From Candidatus Latescibacterota bacterium (GTDB lineage: Bacteria > Latescibacterota > UBA2968 > UBA8231): DNA of 64,000 nt. Shown piece by piece: positions 8,894 through 17,608 of the stretch. The stretch is from contig OZ241867.1 of assembly GCA_965203175.1 (NCBI GenBank), forward strand, positions 2,592,001 through 2,656,000, given 5' to 3'. Below the pieces are notes generated by a model, which saw nothing but the letters and a program-made list of their open reading frames with translations, ran no database searches and was not told the DNA's origin. The translations under genes were made by a program, and so were the position numbers. Position 1 is the stretch's first letter; every line of letters starts with the position of its first letter.

Positions 8894-9697
8894 CTAGGCC
8901 GCTTCCACCGGGTTTTGCAGTCGGCCGATCTGGTCTATTTCCACGATTACCTCGTCGCCGGCGGTAAGCCATACAGGCGGTTTGCGCGCAAAACCCACGC
9001 CCTGCGGGGTGCCGGTGAGGATGACCGTGCCTGGCAGCAAAGTCGTATCTTCGCTGAGGAATTCGATCAGTTCGGCGACCGTGAAAATCATGTCGCCGGT
9101 GGTGTGGTCCTGCATGGTCGCGCCGTTGAGGATCGTGCGGATGCCGAGGGTTTGTGGGTCGGGGATTTCATCGGCTGTGACTAGCACCGGCCCCAAAGGG
9201 CAAAAGGTGTCAAAGCCCTTGCCGCGGATCCACTGGCCGCCACCGCCGTGGAGCTGCCACTTGCGGGCCGAGACGTCGTTGGCGCACGTGTATCCAAGCA
9301 CATAGCTGAGGGCATCGGCTCGCGCCACATTGCGGGCGGCCTTGCCGATCACCACCGCGAGCTCGCACTCGTAGTCAACTTCCGGGCCGCGGCGACAGCA
9401 GGCTGGCAGCAGGATCGGGTCGCCCGGGCCGCAGACCGCGCTCGTGGGCTTGGCAAAGACGACGGGCTGCTCGGGCGGCTCGAGGCCGGATTCGGCCGCG
9501 TGCTCGCGGTAGTTTAACCCAATGCAGAAAATGTTGGTCGGATCGAGCGGGGCGAGCAGTCTTTTGACGGCCACCTGTTCGCCCGTGGGCGCTAGTTCTG
9601 CGAAGAGATCGCCGGCGAGTACGGAGGCTTGGCCCCCCTCGGCTTCGAGGCCCCAACGGACGGCGTCGTCAGCGTCGATAAAGCGGATGATGCGCAT
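8894..9697 (-). CDS. Fumarylacetoacetate hydrolase (FAH) family protein
   Basis: CIGLNYREHAAE, VDYECELAVVIG, NDVSARKWQ, GKGFDTFCPLGP, LTGTPQGVG. Confidence 0.95.
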   Translation of the reverse strand: MRIIRFIDADDAVRWGLEAEGGQASVLAGDLFAELAPTGEQVAVKRLLAPLDPTNIFCIGLNYREHAAESGLEPPEQPVVFAKPTSAVCGPGDPILLPACCRRGPEVDYECELAVVIGKAARNVARADALSYVLGYTCANDVSARKWQLHGGGGQWIRGKGFDTFCPLGPVLVTADEIPDPQTLGIRTILNGATMQDHTTGDMIFTVAELIEFLSEDTTLLPGTVILTGTPQGVGFARKPPVWLTAGDEVIVEIDQIGRLQNPVEAA

Positions 9698-9731
9698 GTT
9701 TTTCTCCTTTGTTTTTCCACCATTTGCACAA

Positions 9732-9795
9732 ACCTTAAGGCAGGGCTAGCAGCCCGTCAAATGACCTTGACGCTCAGAGTGGGGCCGCCTATTTT
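9732..9795. promoter_or_regulatory. Back-to-back sigma70-like promoters for the FAH gene and the BMC operon
   Basis: Plus: TTGACG(9767)-N17-TATTTT(9790); minus: TTGACG(9760)-N17-TAAGGT(9737). Confidence 0.55.
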
Positions 9796-9836
9796 CCCCA
9801 TTCTTAAAATATTAGATCCAACGCGAGGAAAAAAGC

Positions 9837-11249
9837 GTGTCCCAAAACGTCAGCGAAGAACACGTACGCAAAATAGTCGAAGAAGTGGTGCAGCGCGTCG
9901 TCAGCGGCGGAGACGGCAGCGGGAGTGGGGACACCGGTGTCTTCGCGACGGTTGACGCGGCCGTCCAAGGCGCTATTCGCGCCCAGCAGCAGTTGGTGGC
10001 CTTGTCACTGGAGGAGCGCAAAAAGATCGTCGAGGCCCTCCGGCAGACGGCGCACGTCCACGCCGAGGAATTTTCGCGGCGGGCCTTGGCCGAGACGGGC
10101 ATGGGGCGGTTGGAAGACAAAATCATCAAGCACCAAGTCGCGGCCGACACGACGCCCGGCGTCGAAGACCTAGAGGCCACTTCGTGGACTGGTGACCACG
10201 GGCTGACCGTGGTTGAAATGGCTCCTTACGGGGTCATCGGCGCGGTCACCCCATCGACCCATCCCGTGCCGACGATGGTCAACAACGCCATTTGCATTGT
10301 CGCCGCGGGCAACTCGGTCGTCTTCAACGTGCATCCGGCGGGCAGAAAGGTCTCCATGTTCGCGGTGGGCTTGATCAATCAGGCCATCGTCGCAGTTGGC
10401 GGACCGGCCAACTTGGTGACCGCGGTCGAAACGCCGACCATTGAGACGGCCAGCGAATTGTTCAATCACCCAGATATCCGCCTGCTGCTGGTCACAGGCG
10501 GGCCAGGCGTGGCCAAGGCCGCGATGGGTAGCCCCAAAAAGGCCATCGTCGCCGGCCCGGGCAATCCGCCGGTGGTCGTCGATGAAACGGCCGATTTGGC
10601 CAAGGCCGCGCGCGACATCATCGACGGGGGAGGCTTTGACAACAACATTCTCTGCATCGGCGAGAAGCAGGTCTTTGCCGTCACTTCCATTGCCGACGAG
10701 CTCAAGCGGCTGATGGTCCAATACAATGCGTATGAACTCGACACGCGGCAGATCGAGGCGCTCGCACAGGTGGCCTTTGTCGAAGGGCCGGACGGGCATC
10801 TCGTAGCCAACCGCGAATTGGTGGGGCGCGACGCCGCCGTGTTGGGCGAGCGCATCGGCCTCCGGCTCGACTCGTCGCTGCGCATGCTCATTGGCGAGAC
10901 CGACGCCAACCACGTCTTCGTGCGCGAGGAGCAGATGATGCCTTTTCTGCCGATCGTGCGGATGCCCAACGTCGACCAAGCCATCCGCGAGGCCGTCATC
11001 TCCGAGCACGGCTACGGGCACACGGCCGTGATCCATTCGCGCAACATCGAAAACATGCACAACATGGCCTGCGCCGTGGATACCACCATTTTCGTCAAGA
11101 ACGGTCCTTCCTACGCCGGGGTTGGCTTGGGCGGCGAGGGGTTTGGGACGTACTCGATTGCCGGGCCTACGGGCGAGGGGCTGACGTCGCCGCGCACCTT
11201 TACCCGCCAGCGCCGCTGCGCTCTCGTGGACTACTTCCGCATCACCTGA
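9837..11249 (+). CDS. CoA-acylating aldehyde dehydrogenase (PduP/EutE family) with N-terminal encapsulation peptide
   Basis: APYGVIGAVTPSTHP, TGGPGV, AGPGNPPVVVDETAD, FDNNILCIGEK, GPTGEGLTSPRTFTRQRRC; N-terminus SEEHVRKIVEEVVQRV. Confidence 0.95.
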   Translation: MSQNVSEEHVRKIVEEVVQRVVSGGDGSGSGDTGVFATVDAAVQGAIRAQQQLVALSLEERKKIVEALRQTAHVHAEEFSRRALAETGMGRLEDKIIKHQVAADTTPGVEDLEATSWTGDHGLTVVEMAPYGVIGAVTPSTHPVPTMVNNAICIVAAGNSVVFNVHPAGRKVSMFAVGLINQAIVAVGGPANLVTAVETPTIETASELFNHPDIRLLLVTGGPGVAKAAMGSPKKAIVAGPGNPPVVVDETADLAKAARDIIDGGGFDNNILCIGEKQVFAVTSIADELKRLMVQYNAYELDTRQIEALAQVAFVEGPDGHLVANRELVGRDAAVLGERIGLRLDSSLRMLIGETDANHVFVREEQMMPFLPIVRMPNVDQAIREAVISEHGYGHTAVIHSRNIENMHNMACAVDTTIFVKNGPSYAGVGLGGEGFGTYSIAGPTGEGLTSPRTFTRQRRCALVDYFRIT

Positions 11250-11563
11250 TGCTCTTGGGCCAAGTCAAAGGGCATCTGGTTTCCACGGCCAAGGTCCCGA
11301 GCCTGCACGGCAAGAAGCTCTTAGTCGTCGAAATCGCGTCGGTGCGCGAGCACGGTCTGGTGCTGACAGGGCGGGATATGGTTTGCATCGACGCGGTGCA
11401 AGCGGGCAAGGGCGAGTTGGTGATTTTGGTGCAGGGCAGTTCGTCGCGGATCGCCCCGAACTTGGGCGATGTGCCGACCGACGCGGTAATCGTCGGGATT
11501 GTCGATTCGCTACAGGCTATGGGTAAGGACTTCGACTGTCGGCAACTGAGCCGCGAAGGGTAG
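11249..11563 (+). CDS. BMC vertex protein (BMC-P, EutN/CcmL family)
   Basis: MLLGQVKGHLVSTAK..CIDAVQAGKGELVILVQGSSSR..DAVIVGIVD. Confidence 0.95.
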   Translation: MLLGQVKGHLVSTAKVPSLHGKKLLVVEIASVREHGLVLTGRDMVCIDAVQAGKGELVILVQGSSSRIAPNLGDVPTDAVIVGIVDSLQAMGKDFDCRQLSREG

Positions 11564-11566
11564 GCG

Positions 11567-12247
11567 ATGAACGTTGCACCAGCGGCTGGATTGGACCGCA
11601 AGCAGATTGAGGCGCTGGTGCGTCGGGTGGTGTACGATCACCTGCCCGATGCTCAGCTAGAGCAGGCACCCTCAGCTCCGAGGCTGGTCGTCAATATGTC
11701 CGCCCGCCACGTCCACCTCAATCGAGAGGCGCTGGACGCGCTCTTTGGCGCGGGTGCCGAGCTGACCGTGCAGAAGGCCCTGTACCAGGAAAGCGCTTTT
11801 GCCGCCGAGCAGACGGTGTCGGTTTTTGGCCCGCGCAAGCAGGTGATTCCCAGTGTGCGAATCCTCGGCCCATTGCGCGATTACAACCAGGTGGAGTTGG
11901 CCTTTACGGACGCCCGCTATTTGGGCATTGACGCGCCGGTGCGGCTCAGCGGCAACATCGAGGGGACGCCGGGCTGCTACTTGGTGGGGCCAGCTGGGGG
12001 GCTGGAATTGGATCACGGGGTGATTCGGGCCGCCCGCCACGTGCATTTAAACCCGGAAGAGGCCGCGTACTACGGAGTCGGGCCGGGAGACTTGCTGCGG
12101 CTGGTAGTAGAAGGCGATCAGGGCGGGGTGCTGGAAGGGTTGATCTGCCGAGTCAGCGAGCGCGAACGCCTAGAAGTTCACATCGATACGGACGAGGGCA
12201 ATGCGATTGATTTGGTACACGCCCGCAAGGTATATTTAGAGCGTTGA
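11567..12247 (+). CDS. pduL: PduL phosphotransacylase with N-terminal encapsulation peptide
   Basis: VNMSARHVHL, VRILGPLR, APVRLSG, RAARHVHL, HIDTDEGNA; N-terminus DRKQIEALVRRVVYDHL. Confidence 0.95.
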   Translation: MNVAPAAGLDRKQIEALVRRVVYDHLPDAQLEQAPSAPRLVVNMSARHVHLNREALDALFGAGAELTVQKALYQESAFAAEQTVSVFGPRKQVIPSVRILGPLRDYNQVELAFTDARYLGIDAPVRLSGNIEGTPGCYLVGPAGGLELDHGVIRAARHVHLNPEEAAYYGVGPGDLLRLVVEGDQGGVLEGLICRVSERERLEVHIDTDEGNAIDLVHARKVYLER

Positions 12248-12285
12248 AACGCAAAAATCCGCACAATTACTTCAGGAGGTAAGGG

Positions 12286-12846
12286 ATGTCGGATGCAATA
12301 GGCATGGTAGAAACCGTGGGGCTAGTCGGGGTCGTCGAGGCCGGCGACGCCATGGCCAAGGCCGCTAGCGTACAGCTTTTGGGCTGGGACCGAGTCGGCT
12401 CTGGCTTGGTGACTGTGTTTTGCGCGGGCGATGTGGCGGCCGTCAAGTCGGCCGTGGATGCTGGCTCGACTGCTGCTGCCAAGGTCGGGGAGGTGCATTC
12501 GGTCCACGTGATTCCCCGCCCGCACAGCGAACTGACGACCGTCGTGCCCGAACGCGGCGACAGCGGCGACAGCGATGGCCGCGTCCGCGCCTTGGGTCTT
12601 ATTGAGACGAAGGGGTCCATCGGCGTGATCGAAGCGGCCGACGCCATGAGCAAGGCCGCCAATGTGGAGGTCGTCAAGCTGCAGGACATCGGCGGCGGGT
12701 ACATCACCGTCATAGTTAGTGGCGACGTCGGCTCGGTGCAGGCTTCGGTCAGCGCCGGTGCCGAGGCGGCCGAGCGCGTGGGCGAGCTCGTATCGCAACA
12801 CGTGATTCCCCGCCCGCACGACGATCTCGTCGCGCTGTATTTGTAG
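12286..12846 (+). CDS. Tandem BMC shell protein (two PduA-like domains)
   Basis: Two copies of A(I/L)G(M/L)xET.G..A.DAM.KAA..GDV..V..HVIPRPH. Confidence 0.93.
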   Translation: MSDAIGMVETVGLVGVVEAGDAMAKAASVQLLGWDRVGSGLVTVFCAGDVAAVKSAVDAGSTAAAKVGEVHSVHVIPRPHSELTTVVPERGDSGDSDGRVRALGLIETKGSIGVIEAADAMSKAANVEVVKLQDIGGGYITVIVSGDVGSVQASVSAGAEAAERVGELVSQHVIPRPHDDLVALYL

Positions 12847-12858
12847 AGGAGACAAATA

Positions 12859-13122
12859 ATGAAAGCATTGGGTATGGTCGAGACTCGCGGTTTGGTCTGC
12901 GTCGTCGAAGCCCTCGACGCCATGTTGAAGACCGCGGACGTGAGCTATGCGGGCCAAAAGCGCGTGGGTAGCGGCCTAATCGCCGTGCTGGTCGAAGGCG
13001 ACGTAGCGGCTGTCAAAGCGGCCGTAGATGCGGGAGCGCAAGCCGCCCAGCGCATCGGCGAGCTGCGCAGCGTCCACGTGATTCCCCGTCCAACTGAGGG
13101 ACTGACAGACCACCTTGGTTAG
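12859..13122 (+). CDS. BMC-H hexamer shell protein
   Basis: [42 protein letters not shown]. Confidence 0.96.
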   Translation: MKALGMVETRGLVCVVEALDAMLKTADVSYAGQKRVGSGLIAVLVEGDVAAVKAAVDAGAQAAQRIGELRSVHVIPRPTEGLTDHLG

Positions 13123-13126
13123 CTAG

Positions 13127-13573
13127 GTGACCGAGGCTTTGCACATCGACGCTCCGGTCGTCACCGGCGATTTGCTCGGGCGCGAGCACAAGGGCGAGCG
13201 GACGCTCAGCGTGTCCCCCAGCGCCATCTTGACGCCGACGGCTTGGGACTACATCCGCCAGCACCGCTTGCAGCTAAGTCGCGGCGAGGCCGTTGCCGCT
13301 GCCGAGGCCGTTGCGGACGCGGGCCGGTGCGAGCATCCCGACCGCGCCTGCGGCTGCGAGCACGAGGAATTTGGCTCGGGGTACGTCGAGCCAGCGCACT
13401 GCGGCGATTGCGCCGTCCACGAGCGCAAGAAGGCGGGCGACCCCGAGGCGAATTGTGAGGGTTGCAATCGCTACAAGACGCTTTTGCAACAAATCGAAAA
13501 GGGCCAAGCCTCCGATCCAGAAGCCTTAATTGAGCAGATCACCGAGCTAGTAATTCACCGGCTGGCGGACTAA
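13127..13573 (+). CDS. Cys-rich BMC-associated protein with EutQ-N-like domain and C-terminal encapsulation peptide
   Basis: VVTGD..ILTPTAWDYIR N-domain; seven Cys including two CxxC; C-terminus DPEALIEQITELVIHRL. Confidence 0.75.
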   Translation: MTEALHIDAPVVTGDLLGREHKGERTLSVSPSAILTPTAWDYIRQHRLQLSRGEAVAAAEAVADAGRCEHPDRACGCEHEEFGSGYVEPAHCGDCAVHERKKAGDPEANCEGCNRYKTLLQQIEKGQASDPEALIEQITELVIHRLAD

Positions 13574-13576
13574 GCT

Positions 13577-14161
13577 ATGGCGGGCGACCCGGCAGTCGGC
13601 ATGATCGAGGTGCAGGGCGTGGCCGCTGCCATTGTGGGTGCGGATGCGGCCTGCAAGGCTGCGGAAGTGAAGCTCGCAGGTTGGTCCTCAATCGGCGGTT
13701 ATACCACGGCTTTTTTTACTGGGTCGATCAGCGATGTAGCCGCGGCGCTGCGAAGCGGCGAGGAAGCGGCCCGCGAAATAATAGAACACGTAGTGGCCGC
13801 GCCTTTACTCCAACCCGCCGCTGCTTGCAGTCATTTCATCGATTTTCCGGTCCGGTCCGACAGCGACTTTCCCGCCGGTGCCTTGGGATTGGTCGAGACG
13901 CGCGGCTATGGGGCTCACATTCACACGAATGATCAGATGGTTAAGACGGCTGCCGTCGCGGTCGTCAACGTGCTGACGGTCCACGACCGCGTGGTGTGTT
14001 CGCTGGTCTTGGGAGACGTTGGGGCTGTCAAAGAAGCCATAGCCGTCGCGCAAAAGTTGCTCGGGGACTGCGAGCACTTGTTGGGCACGGCCCTGGTTCC
14101 GCAGCCGCGGCCCGAGGTCTTGGCTGCATACGCCGCGCCGATGGGAGGTGGTGGTGTCTAG
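13577..14161 (+). CDS. Divergent tandem BMC shell protein (two domains)
   Basis: AVGMIEVQG..DAACKAA..; ALGLVETRG..DQMVKTA..GDVGAVKEAI. Confidence 0.88.
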   Translation: MAGDPAVGMIEVQGVAAAIVGADAACKAAEVKLAGWSSIGGYTTAFFTGSISDVAAALRSGEEAAREIIEHVVAAPLLQPAAACSHFIDFPVRSDSDFPAGALGLVETRGYGAHIHTNDQMVKTAAVAVVNVLTVHDRVVCSLVLGDVGAVKEAIAVAQKLLGDCEHLLGTALVPQPRPEVLAAYAAPMGGGGV

Positions 14162-15302
14162 CGGGGCGATTGGCATGCTGGAGACGCGCGGGATGGCGTC
14201 GCTGATGGCTTCTACCGATGCCATGCTCAAGGCCGCTGAAGTACAACTCTGCGGTCGGCACGGTATTGGCTCGGGTTGGCTCACTGCGGTAATCGCCGGT
14301 CAAGTAGCTGATGTGGAGGCGGCCATTCGCGTTGGCGAGGTCGAGGCGAACCGCACCGGTGAACTGATCGGCGCGCAAGTGGTGCCACGGCCAGACGCGC
14401 GCGCCATGGACGCCATGCCCCACGCAACCGGTCTTGGTGCCGAACAGGTACAGCCGCAGGCAATTGGCTTATTGGAGACGCAGGGCCTGACGCCGCTGGT
14501 GGCCGGTGCCGACGCCATGCTCAAGGCCGCCCAAGTGGAGCTAGGGGGTTGGGCCTTCATCGGGGGCGCGCTGTGTCACGCGCCGATCTTTGGCGATGTA
14601 GCGGCCGTGCAGACGGCGTTAGAAGTGGGCCGGCAAGCAGCCGAGCGGATTGGCACCGTGTACGCGACTCTTGTTTTGCCCCAGCCCAGCGAGGGGCTAG
14701 GTCCTCTGTTGCCGCCCGCGCCAGCGGTCGAGCTGCGCTCCACCGGTGCCTTGGGCCTCATAGAGACCATTGGTTACGCCTCGGTCGTGGGCAGTGCGGA
14801 CGCCATGCTCAAGGCCGCGGATGTCCAAATCGAGCGCTTGAGCATTGGTAGCGGCGGGCGGATTACCGCGCTGGCTACCGGCCATCTCGACGACGTGCAG
14901 GCCGCAGTGCGCGCCGGTGCCGAGGCAGCCACGGCTTTGGGGGAGTTCGACGCCTCGGCCGTAGTCTCGCGGCCCGATCCCGCGCTCGTCGCCCGTTTTG
15001 CCACTGCGGCCGAGGGCCTTGGCGCGGGTGCGCGGCAGGCCATGGGGCTGATTGAGACGCGCAGTACCGTGGCCTTGGTGCGAGCCGTCGATCGGATGCT
15101 CAAGGCCGCAGCCGTCGAATACGAGGGAGCCTATAAGGTGGGGTACTACTTGACGGCCGCGGTCGTGCGCGGCGATGTGGGTGCCGTGCAGGTCGCGATA
15201 GATGCGGGTCGGAAGGAGGCTGTTGAACACGGGGAACTGGTTTCGGCCTACGCAATTCCGCAGCTCTACAGCGGCCTCGAAGGCCGCCTGCCGCACGTTT
15301 AG
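14148..15302 (+). CDS. BMC shell protein with four tandem BMC domains
   Basis: Four AxGxxET..D(A/R)MLKAA..G.V..V units in one uninterrupted 384-aa ORF; GGAGG RBS favours GTG at 14154. Confidence 0.9.
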   Translation: MVVSSGAIGMLETRGMASLMASTDAMLKAAEVQLCGRHGIGSGWLTAVIAGQVADVEAAIRVGEVEANRTGELIGAQVVPRPDARAMDAMPHATGLGAEQVQPQAIGLLETQGLTPLVAGADAMLKAAQVELGGWAFIGGALCHAPIFGDVAAVQTALEVGRQAAERIGTVYATLVLPQPSEGLGPLLPPAPAVELRSTGALGLIETIGYASVVGSADAMLKAADVQIERLSIGSGGRITALATGHLDDVQAAVRAGAEAATALGEFDASAVVSRPDPALVARFATAAEGLGAGARQAMGLIETRSTVALVRAVDRMLKAAAVEYEGAYKVGYYLTAAVVRGDVGAVQVAIDAGRKEAVEHGELVSAYAIPQLYSGLEGRLPHV

Positions 15303-15316
15303 CGAGGACGCGAAAA

Positions 15317-16498
15317 ATGATTCGGATTGACGATGCAGTAATTACCGCGCAGACCTTGGAGGGCCGCCTAGCTGGCGAACGGCAGGTCGAGATCGGCCCG
15401 GGGTCTAAACTGACGCCCTCGGCACAGGACTTTTTGCACGCCCAAGGCATTGAAATCGTGCGCCGGGAAGCCAGCGGCCAAGCTCCTCCAACGACAACAC
15501 TGGCACCAGCACCGGCACCGGCGGGTCCTCGCGCGGCCGAACGCCAGCCATTTGCTGGCATCTTCTGCCCCAATGTCGTCCTTTTCGACAGTCAGAACGA
15601 GATCAACCACGCCGAGATGGAGCGCTACATCAACTGGTTAATCGAGGTTGGGATCCACGGGCTGTACCCCAACGCCAGCACTGGCGAGTTCGCGCGCCTG
15701 TCGCAGAAGGAGCGCCAAGACGTGGTGCGGCTGGTCTGCGAGGTCAACAAGGGACGCGTACCCGTACTGGCCGGAGCCAGCGAGGCCAGCTTGCGCGACG
15801 TGCTCAAGATGGCCGAATACTACGCCTCGCTCGGCGTGGATGCCATTGCACTGATGCCCCCCTATTACTACGAAATTTCCACTGAGAGCCTCTTTGAGTA
15901 CTTCGCCGAAATCGCCGGGGAATCGCCGCTGGATATCCTGCTGTGCAATATCCCGCAATTTACCCAAGAGCTGTCGATAGATTTGCTGGAGCGGCTCTTG
16001 CCCTACGATCGGATTTTCGGCATCAAGGACTCCAGCCGCGACCTGCCGAGGCTGCTCAACACCATGAACTGCCTGCGCCAACAGCGCCCCGACTACGTGG
16101 TGATGACTGGTTGCGAGGAGATCGTGTTTCCCTCGGTGCTCATGGGAGCCAACGGAGGCACCATCGCCACTTCGGGTATCGTCCCGGAAGTCATTGTCGA
16201 GCTTTATGAAAAGGCCAAAAGCGATGACATTGAGCGGGCCCGCGAACTGCAATACCGCATCCTCGATCTCATCAACTTGATGCTCCTTGGGGTCAATTTC
16301 CCAGAGGGCTTCAAGACTGGCGTGGCGGCCCGTGGCTTTGACGTCGGCCCAGCGCGCGCGTCGAGCAGCGCGTCCGAACAGGAGTACCTGATCAAGCTAG
16401 AGGCCCAAATCAACTGCGTCCTCGCGGATATGGGCTATCCAGTCCAAGGCCCCCGCGCCTGCCCGGCGACCAACCTGCCGCCGATCGTCGGTCGCTAG
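15317..16498 (+). CDS. DHDPS/NAL-family class I aldolase with N-terminal BMC-associated domain
   Basis: NASTGEF, MPPYYY, LCNIP, IFGIKDSS; N-terminal VITAQ..KLTPSAQDFL domain plus Pro/Ala/Thr linker. Confidence 0.9.
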   Translation: MIRIDDAVITAQTLEGRLAGERQVEIGPGSKLTPSAQDFLHAQGIEIVRREASGQAPPTTTLAPAPAPAGPRAAERQPFAGIFCPNVVLFDSQNEINHAEMERYINWLIEVGIHGLYPNASTGEFARLSQKERQDVVRLVCEVNKGRVPVLAGASEASLRDVLKMAEYYASLGVDAIALMPPYYYEISTESLFEYFAEIAGESPLDILLCNIPQFTQELSIDLLERLLPYDRIFGIKDSSRDLPRLLNTMNCLRQQRPDYVVMTGCEEIVFPSVLMGANGGTIATSGIVPEVIVELYEKAKSDDIERARELQYRILDLINLMLLGVNFPEGFKTGVAARGFDVGPARASSSASEQEYLIKLEAQINCVLADMGYPVQGPRACPATNLPPIVGR

Positions 16499-17575
16499 AT
16501 GGCCCTGACGGGCGCACGCGTGTTGGTGGTCGGGGCCGGTATCATCGGCCGCTCGACGGCCTATTTCCTCGCCCGGCAAGGCGCGCAGGTCGTCCTGCTC
16601 GACGAGGGGATCCCTACAGGCTCGCCCACGAGCCGGGCCTCGTTGGGCGTCCTCACCCACTGCAACGGCGGCGACAATCCCTACGCCCAGCTTTTCCGCG
16701 ACGGTCACGCTTTGCACGCCCGGCTGGCCCGCGACCTAGCCGAAGACGTGGGCGCAGACGTGGGTTGGCGTCCCCTCGGCGGTATCGATCTTTTTGCCGA
16801 CCCATCCCAGCTAGAGGAGGTATGGCGCTTCAACCACGAGCGCGGCTGTCGGGTCGAGCGGCTCGACGAGCGGGCCTTGCGCGATGCGGAGCCGGGGTTG
16901 GACGACGGTGGTGAGGGGCTGTATTTTGCCGATGATCATCGGGTGGATCCCCTCAAGTTGGGCGCGGCGCTTTGGGCGGCGGCCGTACAGCAGGGTGCGT
17001 CTGCTGCTTGGGGTGCGCGCGTCTGGCGCATTGCCCAAGAAGGCGAGACCGTCGAGGTCGCCACCAGTCGCGAAATTTACCGCGCCGACTTTGCGGTGTT
17101 GGCGGCTGGGGCGTGGACCGGTGGCTTGGCAGCGCAGCTCGGTGCCCAAGTTGCGCTGCGTCCGGTGCGGGGCCAACAAGCGCGTTTTGTAGGTGCCCCA
17201 TTGCGTCACTTAGTGAGGATAAACGGACGCCACTTCATTCCAGACGGCGGCGAAACCATCGTGGGAGCGACGTCGGAGGAGGTCGGCTTTCGGTTGGAGA
17301 CGACCCGTGCAGCCGCTGAGCAATTTGCCTCGGAGGTGCGCTCTGCACTGGGGAACTGCTTGCCGCTGTCGCGCCAGCAGGCCGGTCTGCGGCCCAAGCC
17401 CCGAGGCGGGCGTCCGCTCATCGGTCCGCTGACGGATGCGCCGCGCGTTTTCGTGGCCTCTGGGCACTACAAAAACGGCGTCTTGCTAGGCCCGATTACC
17501 GGCCAAATCGTCGCCCGTTGGATCGCCGAGGGAACCCCGGGGCGCGATATGCGCCGCTTCGCACCCGAGCGTTGA
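16499..17575 (+). CDS. FAD-dependent oxidoreductase (glycine oxidase/D-amino acid oxidase family)
   Basis: VVGAGIIG, LAAGAW, PVRGQ, AGLRP, GHYKNGVLLGPITG. Confidence 0.9.
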   Translation: MALTGARVLVVGAGIIGRSTAYFLARQGAQVVLLDEGIPTGSPTSRASLGVLTHCNGGDNPYAQLFRDGHALHARLARDLAEDVGADVGWRPLGGIDLFADPSQLEEVWRFNHERGCRVERLDERALRDAEPGLDDGGEGLYFADDHRVDPLKLGAALWAAAVQQGASAAWGARVWRIAQEGETVEVATSREIYRADFAVLAAGAWTGGLAAQLGAQVALRPVRGQQARFVGAPLRHLVRINGRHFIPDGGETIVGATSEEVGFRLETTRAAAEQFASEVRSALGNCLPLSRQQAGLRPKPRGGRPLIGPLTDAPRVFVASGHYKNGVLLGPITGQIVARWIAEGTPGRDMRRFAPER

Positions 17576-17608
17576 ATTCACTGCCACTAAACACAGTTGA
17601 GGTTAAAC

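Noticed and set aside
14130-14165. Single six-domain BMC gene split by a frameshift error
   Set aside because: A strong GGAGG RBS with well-spaced GTG precedes the second ORF, as expected for coupled separate genes; read check still advisable
10170-15296. Long antisense ORFs across the BMC operon (e.g. 10170-11060, 12267-12923, 14697-15296)
   Set aside because: Shadow frames of GC-rich genes with no recognisable motifs
16499-17575. Thiamine biosynthesis gene thiO
   Set aside because: Family matches, but there are no thiS/thiG neighbours and it abuts the BMC aldolase, so no symbol assigned
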